A stretch of DNA of 64,000 bases. Source: an uncultured Actinomycetes bacterium (GTDB lineage: Bacteria; Actinomycetota; UBA4738; HRBIN12). The stretch spans positions 15,588 to 79,587 of the forward strand of contig CAVPIB010000019.1 of assembly GCA_963704885.1 (NCBI GenBank), given 5' to 3'. The notes below the pieces were generated by a model. It saw only the letters and a program-made list of their open reading frames with translations. It did no database searches and was not told where the DNA came from. Below, in pieces: positions 1 to 9,716 of the stretch. The position numbers and the translations under genes were made by a program. Within the stretch, counting starts at the first letter, position 1. The number at the start of each line of letters is the position of its first letter.

Positions 1-360
1 ACCGAGGTGCTGACCAAGGACGCTTACGCGCACTTCGATGCACTCAACGCGGTGTTTACGGAGGGCGTGAACGGCGTGATCACCGAGTACCGGTTGCCCG
101 CCGATCTGGAGACGTTGGGCGCCAAGGGATCGATCACCTGGCGGAGCGAGCCGCTGCATGACTACCGCGACGGACTCGAGGTAGCCGACCAGCCCAGCTA
201 CCTCTCGTACCTCTGGCAGCTGAACCGCGGGGTGTTCAAGTCGCCGTGGGCCAAGTGGGAGAGTTGGACGACATCCGTGGCGCACACCGAAGAAGACGCT
301 CGGCGCTACGTGGAGAACTTCGCGAGCTTCGCCGAAGCGATAACGACAAACCTGAGGTAG
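1..360 (+). CDS. C-terminal part of a class III aminotransferase (glutamate-1-semialdehyde aminomutase-like); truncated by window start
   Basis: Open frame from window edge; GAKGSITW...LNRGVF...SVAHTEED resembles the small domain of GSA-AT-like enzymes. Confidence 0.55.
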   Translation, partial: TEVLTKDAYAHFDALNAVFTEGVNGVITEYRLPADLETLGAKGSITWRSEPLHDYRDGLEVADQPSYLSYLWQLNRGVFKSPWAKWESWTTSVAHTEEDARRYVENFASFAEAITTNLR

Positions 361-432
361 CGGGCCGCGTGCAAACGGGCATCCCATGCGTCAGCATGTC
401 CGCCTGACGTCCCGAGGCGCGGAAGGAGACAG

Positions 433-1683
433 GTGCCCGACCATCCCGAGCCCACGCCGGGCGACGCGCCGAACGCGGAGCTCCCGACCTGGATGAAGCC
501 GCTCCTGCGGCAGCTGACGGTCCGTGGGATCTTGGTGATCGTCGTCGGCTCCTTGGGTGTGCTCCTCATCTCGGCGCTGCTCGGCCAGCTGACCGACTTC
601 TTCGCGATCGTGCTCACGGCGTTCTTCCTGTCGTTCGCGCTGGAGCCCGGCGTCAATTGGTTCGCGTCGAGAGGCTGGAGACGAGGCTCGGCGACCGGCG
701 TGATCTTCTTGATCGTGTTCTTAGCAGGGATCGGGCTTGTCGCCCTGATCATCCCCGCGGTGGTGAGCGGAGCGAAACAGCTGATCACGGCGGCTCCCGA
801 GCTGGTCAGCAAACTCGTGAAGTGGGCCAACGACCTGGGATGGCACATCTCCGCCGAGAACCTCACGGAGCAGATCCAGCGGAACGCCAACGACCTGGTG
901 TCATCCGCGACGGATCTGGCCGGCAACATGTTCGGGATCGCCGCGTCGATCCTGGGAGGCATCTTCCGGTGGGCCACCGTCGCCCTGTTCACTTTCTACA
1001 TCGTGGCCGAGGGTCCCAAGCTTCGGCGGATCGTCTGCGGCGCTCTGCCTCCCAAGCGCCAGCAGCACGTGCTGTTCGTGTGGGACCAGGCCATCGAGAA
1101 GACCGGGGGGTACTTCTACTCCCGGCTCCTCCTTTCGGTCATCAACGGCGCGGGGATGTACATCACCCTTCGGGCGTTCCAGGTTCCGTTCGCGGCGCCT
1201 CTCGCCATCTTCGAAGGTGTGGTAGCGGCGTTCGTCCCGATCGTGGGCACGTACATAGCCGGCGCCGTCCCGACCCTGGTCGCCGTGTTGACCTCGTGGC
1301 CCGCGGGTATCGCGTCGATCGCTTACGTCGTCATCTACCAGCAGCTCGAGAACTACTTCCTCAGTCCGCGCCTGACGGCCAAGACCATGTCGCTGCACCC
1401 GGCCGTGGCCTTCGCGGCGGCGTTGATCGGCGGCGCGGTCGGCGGACTGTTGGCGGCGTTCCTGGCCCTGCCTGTGGCGGCGGTGATCCAGGCAGCCGTG
1501 CAGGAGTGGGGCAAGAGCTACGCGGTCGTGCAATCCGAACTGACCAGCGATGACCCCTCCGCCCAGGGAAGAAAAGCAGGGCCGGGCAGCAAGGGTACGC
1601 GACAGTCTCAACCGTCACGACAAGGACGTCGGTACCGACGCGTGAACCGATGGCCCTTCGCACCTGACCTCAGGTCACTGTGA
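433..1683 (+). CDS. AI-2E family (PerM/UPF0118) transporter
   Basis: Multiple TM segments, VPIVG and YQQLENYFLSPRL..MSLHP motifs; the basic tail may be a frameshifted extension. Confidence 0.9.
   Translation: MPDHPEPTPGDAPNAELPTWMKPLLRQLTVRGILVIVVGSLGVLLISALLGQLTDFFAIVLTAFFLSFALEPGVNWFASRGWRRGSATGVIFLIVFLAGIGLVALIIPAVVSGAKQLITAAPELVSKLVKWANDLGWHISAENLTEQIQRNANDLVSSATDLAGNMFGIAASILGGIFRWATVALFTFYIVAEGPKLRRIVCGALPPKRQQHVLFVWDQAIEKTGGYFYSRLLLSVINGAGMYITLRAFQVPFAAPLAIFEGVVAAFVPIVGTYIAGAVPTLVAVLTSWPAGIASIAYVVIYQQLENYFLSPRLTAKTMSLHPAVAFAAALIGGAVGGLLAAFLALPVAAVIQAAVQEWGKSYAVVQSELTSDDPSAQGRKAGPGSKGTRQSQPSRQGRRYRRVNRWPFAPDLRSL
1665..1677. promoter_or_regulatory. Palindrome TGACCTcAGGTCA upstream of methyltransferase operon (candidate operator)
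   Basis: Perfect 6-bp arms, about 35 nt upstream of a TACACT -10-like hexamer (1713-1718). Confidence 0.45.
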
Positions 1684-1759
1684 TCTCCAAGGCTCTCTAC
1701 GTGCGCCGTTACTACACTCGGTGACCACTGCTCACATGCGGAAGGGACGGTGCACCAAC

Positions 1760-2755
1760 ATGTCGAAAGGCATCCTGGAACGGCTGGCGGAGGGCCCCGT
1801 CCTGGGCGACGGGGGCTACCTCCTGGAACTCGAGAAGCGTGGATACGTACAGGCGGGGCCGTTCACACCCGAGGTGGTGATCGAACATCCGGACGCGCTC
1901 GCTCAGCTGCACCGCGAGTTCCTGCGCGCGGGGGTGGACGTGCTGCAGACCATGACGTTCTATGCGAGCGACGACAAGCTGGCCACCGTCGGATTGGCGG
2001 GCAAGGTCGACGACATCAACCGCAACGCTGTGCAGATCGCCCGCCAAGTAGCGAGTGAGGGAGATGCCCTGGTCGCCGGCAACCTCAGTCTCACTTGGGC
2101 CTACGACCCGGATGATCCCGCCTCCGCCGGTCGTGTCCGCGAGTTGTTCGACCGGCAGTTGCAGGATCAGATCGATGCGGGTGGCGTCGACTTCTGGATC
2201 GGAGAGACCTTCTCCTATATAGGCGAGGCTTTGCTCTACATCGAACGCGCGAAGCTGACCGGGCTTCCTGTCATGGCCACCATGTCCTTCGAACAATCGA
2301 TCCCGCGCTCCTACGAGGGCGACACGCCGGCGGAGTGCGCGCGCAAGCTGGCCGACGCCGGAGCCGACATCGTGGGCGTCAACTGCCTGAACGCCCCCGA
2401 GCAGCAGTTGCCGATCGCGATCGAGATGCGCGGCGCGGTTCCTGGATACGTTGCGGCGCAACCCGTTGGGTTCCGCACCTCCGCTGAGAAGCCGGACTTC
2501 ACCGCCACGGATCATTTCCCTTACACGTTGGATCCGCTGCAGCTCTCGCGCCACGAGATGGCCGAGTACGCTCGCGCGGCCGACCAGGCCGGCATCAACT
2601 ACATCGGGTCATGCTGCGGTTCGGTCCAGGGGCACGTGCGCGCGATGGCCAAGGTGCTCGGCAAGCTTCCGACCGAAGAGCGGGAGTGGAAGTCCACGAG
2701 CGGCAAGGCGATGTCGGCGTACGAGTATCGCGAGCACGCCGAGACCGAGGTCTGA
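1760..2755 (+). CDS. Homocysteine S-methyltransferase family (betaine-homocysteine methyltransferase-like)
   Basis: LGDGGY, HREFLRAG, Zn ligands GVNC and GSCCG; start taken at ATG 1760. Confidence 0.88.
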   Translation: MSKGILERLAEGPVLGDGGYLLELEKRGYVQAGPFTPEVVIEHPDALAQLHREFLRAGVDVLQTMTFYASDDKLATVGLAGKVDDINRNAVQIARQVASEGDALVAGNLSLTWAYDPDDPASAGRVRELFDRQLQDQIDAGGVDFWIGETFSYIGEALLYIERAKLTGLPVMATMSFEQSIPRSYEGDTPAECARKLADAGADIVGVNCLNAPEQQLPIAIEMRGAVPGYVAAQPVGFRTSAEKPDFTATDHFPYTLDPLQLSRHEMAEYARAADQAGINYIGSCCGSVQGHVRAMAKVLGKLPTEEREWKSTSGKAMSAYEYREHAETEV

Positions 2756-2802
2756 TTCGGCAGGAAGCCTTTCACCCTCAGGTCGTCCAGAAGGAGCTCC
2801 GC

Positions 2803-5214
2803 GTGAAGGATCGGTATCACGTCGTCGTCATCGGTGGCGGGATCGTGGGTTGCAGCGTCCTGTATCACCTCGCGCTTCGCGGCGTGACGGAACTAGCGTT
2901 GATCGAGCGCGAGGAGCTCACCGCCGGCTCGACCTGGCACGCCGCCGGCGGGTTCCACGCGATGAACAGCGACACCCGGATCGCCGAGCTCCAGAAGTAC
3001 ACGATCGGCCTCTACCCTCAGGTCGAGCGGGAGAGCGGTCAGAACATCGGGCTGCATATGAGTGGCGGGATGGAGCTCGCCGGCACGCCGGAGCGGTGGC
3101 AGTGGTTGAAGTCGGAGCTCGACTGGCTCCGCACCCAGGACACAGACGCCTACCTGCTGACGCCCGCCGAGGCGGCCGAGATGGTCCCCCTCATCGATCC
3201 GAAGGGTCTCTACGGCGGGCTCTTCGACCCGCTCGAAGGGACCCTCGATCCGAACGGTGCCACGCAGGCATATGCCGGGGCCGCGCGCAAGCGGGGTGCC
3301 GAGGTGATCCTGCACAACCGGGTGCTCTCACTCGCGACGCTTCCCGGCGGTGGCTGGAGGGTCGAGACCGAGCAGGGTGTGATCACCGCCGAACACATCG
3401 TGAACGCGGCCGGACTGTGGGCGCGCAAGGTCGGCAACATGGTGGGCGTCGACCATCCGCTCGTGCCGATGCTTCACCACTACCTCGTCACCGAGGACGT
3501 GCCGCAGGTCGCTGCGATCGCGGGCGACATGCCAGCGGTCACCGACCTGGAAGGCTTCACGTACCTCCAGCGGGAGGGCAACGGTGTGCTCTTGGGGGTC
3601 TACGAGCAGAACCCGCGCCATTGGAAGGTCGAGGGGGCCGACTGGGAATTCGGCCGGGAGCTCTTCCCCGAAGAGCTGGATCGCATCATGCCCGAGCTCT
3701 CGATCGGTTTCGAACGCTTCCCCATCCTGCAACAGGTCGGGATCAAGCGGTGGGTGAACGGAGCTTTCACGTTCACTCCCGACGGCAACCCGTTGGTCGG
3801 ACCTGTGTCGGGCATCCCGAACTACTGGGCGGCCTGCGGATGCATGGCCGGCTTCTCCCAGTGCGGAGGGATCGGGCTCGCTTTGGCCAACTGGATCGTC
3901 GACGGCGACCCGGGCTTCGACATGTTCGGGATGGACGTCGCCCGCTTCGGTCCCTATGCCTCGAACGAGCGCTACCTGCGCGAGACGACGGCGCAGTTCT
4001 ACGCGCGTCGCTTCGTCATGGCGTTCCCGAACGAGGAGCTCCCAGCGGCGAGGCCGCTCAAGACAACGCCTTGCTACGACACCTTCGTGGCGCAGGGCGC
4101 GCGCTTCACCGTGAACTGGGGCCTCGAGGTCCCGATGTACTTCGCGCCCTCGCCCGACTTCGAGGAGGATTTCACGCTCGGACGATCCAACGCCGAGCTC
4201 ATCGTCGCCGAAGAGGTCGAGGCCGTCCGTACCGCCGCCGGCGCTTACGAGATCGCCCAGTACGCGCGCTACGAGGTAACCGGAGCCGAGGCCGAGGCAT
4301 GGCTCGACCGCCTCCTCTCATCCCGCATCCCCGCCGTTGGCAGCATCCGGCTCGCCCCGATGCTGAACGAGGCCGGACGGCTGATGGGTGACCTTTCCGT
4401 CACAAGGCTCGACGAGGATCGCTTCTGGCTGACGGGCTCGTACTACCTGCAGGACTGGCACCAGCGCTGGTTCCATCAGCACCTCCCCGCGGCCGGGGTG
4501 GATCTCAGGAACATCACGGACGGCTGGATGGGCTTCTCGCTCTCCGGTCCGGAGTCCCGCCGCATCCTCGAACGGCTCACCCTGGAGGACGTGTCGAACG
4601 AGGGGTTCGGGTTCTTGACCTGCCGCCCGATGGACGTCGGAACGGCGAGGGCCGTCGTCGGCCGGATCTCGTTGACCGGTGAGCTGGGTTACGAGATCAC
4701 GGTCGCGGCCGAACAACACCGCACGCTGCTCTATGAGTTGCTCGAGGCGGGCTTCACGAGCGGCCTGAGGCTCATCGGTGACCGGGCGATAGACAGCCTC
4801 CGACTGGAGAAGGGATACGGCATCTGGTCCACGGAGTTCACCCAGGCGTACACGCCGGGCATGTCCGGCCTCGACCGCTTCGTCGCGTACGAGAAGGGTG
4901 CCTTCATCGGCCGTGAGGCGGCGCTACGCGAGCGCGACACGGGCCCCCCGCGGTTGCTCGTGCTCCTGGAGGTCGATGCCGAGGATGCGGACGCATCGGG
5001 CGATGAGGGGGTCTGGCTCGGGAGTCGCAGGGTCGGTCTCGTGACCTCCGGTTCCTACGGCCATCACGTTCGCAAGAGCCTTGCGTTCGCCTACGTCGAT
5101 CGCGAGATCGCGCAGGCGAAGCCCGAGCTCACGGTCCACGTCGTCGGTGAGGAGCGAACCGCGCGGATCCTCCCCGAACCTCCATACGATCCGAAGGGCG
5201 GCAGGCTTCGCTGA
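2803..5214 (+). CDS. Dimethylglycine/sarcosine dehydrogenase-like FAD oxidoreductase with GcvT-type folate domains
   Basis: GGGIVG FAD motif, TAGSTWHAAG, FTPDGNP, TGELGYEI, SLRLEKG; RBS AAGGAG before GTG 2803. Confidence 0.9.
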   Translation: MKDRYHVVVIGGGIVGCSVLYHLALRGVTELALIEREELTAGSTWHAAGGFHAMNSDTRIAELQKYTIGLYPQVERESGQNIGLHMSGGMELAGTPERWQWLKSELDWLRTQDTDAYLLTPAEAAEMVPLIDPKGLYGGLFDPLEGTLDPNGATQAYAGAARKRGAEVILHNRVLSLATLPGGGWRVETEQGVITAEHIVNAAGLWARKVGNMVGVDHPLVPMLHHYLVTEDVPQVAAIAGDMPAVTDLEGFTYLQREGNGVLLGVYEQNPRHWKVEGADWEFGRELFPEELDRIMPELSIGFERFPILQQVGIKRWVNGAFTFTPDGNPLVGPVSGIPNYWAACGCMAGFSQCGGIGLALANWIVDGDPGFDMFGMDVARFGPYASNERYLRETTAQFYARRFVMAFPNEELPAARPLKTTPCYDTFVAQGARFTVNWGLEVPMYFAPSPDFEEDFTLGRSNAELIVAEEVEAVRTAAGAYEIAQYARYEVTGAEAEAWLDRLLSSRIPAVGSIRLAPMLNEAGRLMGDLSVTRLDEDRFWLTGSYYLQDWHQRWFHQHLPAAGVDLRNITDGWMGFSLSGPESRRILERLTLEDVSNEGFGFLTCRPMDVGTARAVVGRISLTGELGYEITVAAEQHRTLLYELLEAGFTSGLRLIGDRAIDSLRLEKGYGIWSTEFTQAYTPGMSGLDRFVAYEKGAFIGREAALRERDTGPPRLLVLLEVDAEDADASGDEGVWLGSRRVGLVTSGSYGHHVRKSLAFAYVDREIAQAKPELTVHVVGEERTARILPEPPYDPKGGRLR

Positions 5215-5269
5215 ACCAACGCGTTGTCGGGCCTCCCGACGCCGTGGCCCGCGCGACTAGACTCAGGGC

Positions 5270-5764
5270 GTGGGGGAGCCGCAGGTTGGCGTGATCATGG
5301 GGTCGCGGTCGGACTGGGAGACCATGAGGGTCACGGCCGAGACGCTCGAAGATCTGGGCGTACGCTACGAGACGCGTGTGGTCTCGGCCCATCGCACCCC
5401 CGACCTGTTGTTCGAGTACGCCGCGACGGCCGCCGAGCGTGGGCTCAAGGTGATCGTGGCGGGGGCCGGTGGCGCCGCGCACCTACCCGGTATGACGGCG
5501 GCCAAGACGCATCTCCCGGTGCTCGGTGTTCCCATCGAGTCGAAAGCTCTGAAGGGCATGGACTCGCTGCTCTCGATGGTGCAGATGCCGGCGGGTGTGC
5601 CCGTGGGAACGCTCGCGATCGGCAAGGCCGGCGCCGTCAACGCCGGGCTGATGGCGGCGGCGATAGTCGCGCTCGAGGACGAGGGCATCCGCGAACGTCT
5701 CCGCCACTTCAGGGCAACGCAGACCGAGATCGTGCTCTCGCACCCCGACCCCGACCAGGGTTAG
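5270..5764 (+). CDS. purE: N5-carboxyaminoimidazole ribonucleotide mutase
   Basis: [28 protein letters not shown] motifs. Confidence 0.98.
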   Translation: MGEPQVGVIMGSRSDWETMRVTAETLEDLGVRYETRVVSAHRTPDLLFEYAATAAERGLKVIVAGAGGAAHLPGMTAAKTHLPVLGVPIESKALKGMDSLLSMVQMPAGVPVGTLAIGKAGAVNAGLMAAAIVALEDEGIRERLRHFRATQTEIVLSHPDPDQG

Positions 5765-5770
5765 CCGCTC

Positions 5771-6862
5771 GTGCACGTCGGGATCGTGGGCGGTGGCCAG
5801 CTCGGTCGCATGCTCTCGCTGGCGGGCTCCTCGCTCGGGATCGAGTGCACCACGCTAGACCCCGCTAGCGATTCGTCCGCGTCCCAGGTCGGTGCGTCGA
5901 TCGTCGGCGGATTCGATGACCGACAGGCGCTGGCGCGGCTGGCAGATGGGGCCGACGTTGTCACCTACGAGTTCGAGAACGTCCCGGTCGCGTCTGCGCG
6001 ATCCCTGGCGGAGCTCGTTCCCGTCCTACCGCCGCCGGAGGCCCTGGAGGTGGCGCAGGACAGGCTGGCGGAGAAGGCGCTCTTCAACAAGATCGGACTA
6101 CTCACGGCCGAACATCGAGCGGCCGAGACCCTCGAAGAGATCCATTCAGCGCTGGAGACGATCGGCACGCCGGCTCTGTTGAAGACCCGGCGGCTGGGGT
6201 ACGACGGCAAGGGACAGGCGGTGATCCAGGATCCGCTGTTGGCGGAGGACGCTTGGCGCTCGATCGGAGAGATGCCCGCGATAGTCGAGCGGCTTGTGGA
6301 GTTCGAACGCGAGCTATCGATCATCGCCGTCCGCGGCCGTGACGGCTCCATCGGCTGCTATCCGCTGGTGGAGAACCACCATCGGGACGGGATCCTCCGA
6401 GTGTCGATCGCGCCTGCACCCGACGTCAGCGCGGAACTCCAGACTGAAGCGGAGACCTACATCCGCGCTGTGATGGATCGGCTCGCCTACGTGGGCGTCA
6501 TGGCGATGGAGCTCTTCCAGGTCGGCGAGTCGCTCCTCGGGAACGAGATAGCCCCTCGCGTGCACAACTCAGGCCACTGGACGATCGAGGGGGCGGAGAC
6601 CAGTCAGTTCGAGAACCACCTCCGAGCCGTGTGCGGGATGCCCCTCGGATCCTGCTCGCCGCGCGGAGGCAGCGTGATGGTCAACTTGATCGGCTCGCTT
6701 CCCGATGCGGCAAAGGTCATGCGGGTTCCGGGTTCGCACCTGCACCTGTACGGGAAGGAGCCGCGGCCGGGCCGCAAGGTCGGTCATGTGACGCTCACGT
6801 CGGTGCTGGGCGACACCCCGGACCTTGGGGCTCTCGTGGCCGCGGGCGTGGAAGTTCCCTAG
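5771..6862 (+). CDS. purK: N5-carboxyaminoimidazole ribonucleotide synthase
   Basis: GGGQLGRM, YEFENV, GYDGKGQ, NEIAPRVHNSGHWT, HLYGK motifs. Confidence 0.98.
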   Translation: MHVGIVGGGQLGRMLSLAGSSLGIECTTLDPASDSSASQVGASIVGGFDDRQALARLADGADVVTYEFENVPVASARSLAELVPVLPPPEALEVAQDRLAEKALFNKIGLLTAEHRAAETLEEIHSALETIGTPALLKTRRLGYDGKGQAVIQDPLLAEDAWRSIGEMPAIVERLVEFERELSIIAVRGRDGSIGCYPLVENHHRDGILRVSIAPAPDVSAELQTEAETYIRAVMDRLAYVGVMAMELFQVGESLLGNEIAPRVHNSGHWTIEGAETSQFENHLRAVCGMPLGSCSPRGGSVMVNLIGSLPDAAKVMRVPGSHLHLYGKEPRPGRKVGHVTLTSVLGDTPDLGALVAAGVEVP

Positions 6863-6909
6863 AGCCGGGTATCAAGGTCGGGCGCTTCGGTGACGACCAT
6901 ATGGGGGAC

Positions 6910-7179
6910 ATGGCGTACCTCACTTGTCCCGACTGCCGGATGCCCAACCCCGTTGGTGACGATGCAGTGAAGTACGCCTGTTTCACTTGCTTCGCGGAGA
7001 TCATCTTCGAGGCGTGCCCCGCATGCACCTTCATGCAGGCCATCCCGACCCGGTGGCAGCGTGCCTTCACCTGTGGCGCCTGCGGAGGAAGGGTCGAGAT
7101 CCCGCGTGAGCGCTTCTTCGCGACATCGACCAGGGCGAAGCAGGTCGAGGGCTTCGGCTACACCTTCCCTCGGACTTAG
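6910..7179 (+). CDS. Small double zinc-ribbon-like protein (four CxxC pairs), unknown function
   Basis: CPDC, CFTC, CPAC, CGAC in about 89 aa; start at ATG 6910 or 6901. Confidence 0.7.
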   Translation: MAYLTCPDCRMPNPVGDDAVKYACFTCFAEIIFEACPACTFMQAIPTRWQRAFTCGACGGRVEIPRERFFATSTRAKQVEGFGYTFPRT

Positions 7180-7192
7180 CCCGAGCCCGGGA

Positions 7193-7702
7193 TCAAGTCC
7201 ACAGCTTGTTCGGCGTGCGGACCGCGGCCGAAGCGTACGTTCCGGTGCAGGTCACCAGGCTCTGGCCGTACCAAGTCCCCACCAGCGTGGGGGGCGCCCC
7301 GTTGGCCACGTCGCGGATCCCGTAGCACACGCCGGAGAGCGACATCCGGGCAGCCGACCACGTGAGCGCAGTAGGGGCCGACCACACGCTCACGCGAGGG
7401 TTGGCGGCGGTGGAGGCGGCGGTCGTGTAGACGAGCGCCGGCTCAAGTTGGGGCAGGGCGGTAGGACACGCGACCGTGGCCGCCGCGCGGGCGCAAGCGT
7501 AGGTCGCGCTGGTGGTGTAGCTAGCTTTGGCCGCGACGAGTGCGGCGCGTAGGTTGGCCTGTGCAGCCCGGTTGTGTGACCGGTTCCTAGATCCCAGATA
7601 CGTAGGTAGCGCGATGGCTACTAACAGGCCTATCACGAGCACCACGATCATGGTCTCGACGAGCGTCCATCCGTCATCGCAGTGCTTCCGGATGATCCTC
7701 AC
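7193..7702 (-). CDS. Type IV pilin-like protein
   Basis: Prepilin-like G|WTLVETMIVVLVIGLLVAIALP with E at +5; C-terminal Cys residues. Confidence 0.85.
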   Translation of the reverse strand: MRIIRKHCDDGWTLVETMIVVLVIGLLVAIALPTYLGSRNRSHNRAAQANLRAALVAAKASYTTSATYACARAAATVACPTALPQLEPALVYTTAASTAANPRVSVWSAPTALTWSAARMSLSGVCYGIRDVANGAPPTLVGTWYGQSLVTCTGTYASAAVRTPNKLWT

Positions 7703-7748
7703 GAGCGGTTAACCCCCCAAGCGATCAGAGATGTGTGTTCCCTGATGC

Positions 7749-7776
7749 TGTCGGAAGCAACCGGGATCCACTTGAG
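7749..7776 (-). promoter_or_regulatory. Candidate sigma28/FliA-WhiG type promoter for the pilin
   Basis: Minus strand CTCA-N17-TCCGACA, close to the actinobacterial FliA-type CTCA-N15-17-GCCGAA pattern. Confidence 0.4.
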
Positions 7777-7870
7777 TGGTAGCCCTTGGGTTGACCTCTG
7801 TGGGACATGGGTGTTTCCTTCGCCGAGGGGTTCGAACAGGCGATAGGACCGCGAGGGGGGAGGGGTTCAG

Positions 7871-9703
7871 GTGCGTCGATCCACGCTCATGCTGATCTCG
7901 TTGGCGTCATCCGTAGCTTTGCTCTCGACCACGCCGAGCGCGGGCTCGCCGGCCGGGTCTGGCTGGGATCGGTTGCCGAAGAAGGGCGGATCCTCTGCGG
8001 CCCCGCTCAAGGCGACAGTGGCGGCTCGACCTTTGGCCCGGGCCGGGACGCCGTCGCAGCCTGTTCTGGACAACTTCCAACTCGTGGGGCACACGGATCT
8101 CGGGGCAACCGATACGAACGGGGACGTGTGGGTGCACGGCGACTATGCCTACGTCGGAACGTGGGGCGATCCGTGCAACGGCCTTGGCGTGAAGATCATC
8201 GACGTCTCGGATCTGTCCGCCCCGGTGATGATCGGCCGCCTGGGCGCCCGCCACGGAACGAGCGCCGAGGACATGGTCGTGCGCAGCGTCTCGACAGCGT
8301 CCTTCACGGGCGACCTACTCGCCGTGGGGCTGCAGCGCTGTGGGGGTGGCGCTGCGCTGGACGACGCCAAGTTCGGGACTCAGTTCTGGGACGTCACCGA
8401 TCCAACCGATCCCGTGAAGCTCGGATTCCACGGCGGCAATACGGGTGGTGGTGGGACCCACGAGCTGGATCTCTTCCAGCGCGGAACCCACGTGTACGCG
8501 CTGGAGGCCACGCCGTTCAGCGAGTACTTCGACCCGGATCATGGCGGCGACTTCCGGATCGTGGACGCCACCGATCCTCGCGACCCTGTCCAGGTTGGGG
8601 AGTGGGGGGCGATCGCGAACGGAGAGACTGCGAGCCCGTACGACGGGTTGGGTAGCTGGGGATCGATGTTCGATCACGGCGCTCGAGCGAGCTCGGACGG
8701 AACGAAGGCTTACGTCTCGTACTGGGACGCGGGGGTGCTCGTTTTCGACATCAGCGACCCCACGGATCCGGTCTTGGTGGGTCGCACCCAGTACCCGGCA
8801 GGCTCAGACGGCGAGGCCCACTCCGTGGCCGAGTACGCCGGCAGCCGCGACTTCTTGCTGCAGAACGACGAGGACACCGACCCCCGGTCGCCTCTTTCGA
8901 TCCTCTACGGCGCAGGGAGCGAGGGGATCGCCAGCGAATCCCCTGGAGCCCGTGCCCTTTGGAGGTCACCAGAGCATCAGATCACGGCACCTGTCGTTCG
9001 GGCTCGTAAGCAAGGCTGCGAGCCCGGTAACTATCCGGCTGCCGCGAGCGGCGCCATCGTGGTTGTGAAGACCGTGCTAACCCTGTTCGATCCGGCGCCG
9101 GAGTCGCGGCGCCAGTGTCGCCAGGCCAAGCAGGAGGAAGCGGCCGTCAAGTCGGGCGCCGTCGCGGTGGTGCACGACTGGGTATCCGACTACACAAGCC
9201 CACAATGGTGGACCGTCTCGTTCGGACTCCGGATCCCCGCCGTGTTCACCGACCACGACACAGCCCTAGGGATGGTGGAAGCGGGCGAGGCGACGCTTCA
9301 GGCAGGACGGCCGTCCCAGGGGTTCCTTCGCGTCTTCGACGCTGCGACCGGACAGCAAGTGGCGGTCTTCGACGATCTGCCGAACGTCCATCGGCTCGCG
9401 CCCCCTCCGGGCGTGTGGACCATCCACAACAACGAGGTCGCTGGCGATCGCAGTTACATCGCGTGGTATTCGAACGGGATCGTGGCTATCGACCTGTCGC
9501 CGTTGAACGGGGCGGTGCCGGCTGACCCCGTGATGGTCGGCCAATTCATCCCGACGGGCCTGCCGTCGCAGACTTCCTCGTTCCCCGGCGGGGTTCCGGC
9601 TGTTTGGGGGGTGTACTACCGAGAGTCGGATGGCTTGATCTTCGCGAGCGACCTTTCATCGGGGCTCTGGATCGTCCGGCCGACGGGGCCGGCCGTTCCT
9701 TAG
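7871..9703 (+). CDS. Secreted LVIVD-repeat beta-propeller protein with inserted PA-like domain
   Basis: Signal peptide; repeats such as VKIIDVSD, FWDVTDPTDP, FRIVDATDP, LVFDISDPTDP; PA-like GC..GAIVVV..GAVAVVH segment. Confidence 0.8.
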   Translation: MRRSTLMLISLASSVALLSTTPSAGSPAGSGWDRLPKKGGSSAAPLKATVAARPLARAGTPSQPVLDNFQLVGHTDLGATDTNGDVWVHGDYAYVGTWGDPCNGLGVKIIDVSDLSAPVMIGRLGARHGTSAEDMVVRSVSTASFTGDLLAVGLQRCGGGAALDDAKFGTQFWDVTDPTDPVKLGFHGGNTGGGGTHELDLFQRGTHVYALEATPFSEYFDPDHGGDFRIVDATDPRDPVQVGEWGAIANGETASPYDGLGSWGSMFDHGARASSDGTKAYVSYWDAGVLVFDISDPTDPVLVGRTQYPAGSDGEAHSVAEYAGSRDFLLQNDEDTDPRSPLSILYGAGSEGIASESPGARALWRSPEHQITAPVVRARKQGCEPGNYPAAASGAIVVVKTVLTLFDPAPESRRQCRQAKQEEAAVKSGAVAVVHDWVSDYTSPQWWTVSFGLRIPAVFTDHDTALGMVEAGEATLQAGRPSQGFLRVFDAATGQQVAVFDDLPNVHRLAPPPGVWTIHNNEVAGDRSYIAWYSNGIVAIDLSPLNGAVPADPVMVGQFIPTGLPSQTSSFPGGVPAVWGVYYRESDGLIFASDLSSGLWIVRPTGPAVP

Positions 9704-9716
9704 CGTCCCTGCTCGG

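Noticed and set aside
1684-1759. SAM/SAH riboswitch before the methyltransferase
   Set aside because: The leader after the TACACT -10 is only about 35 nt and lacks recognisable riboswitch cores.
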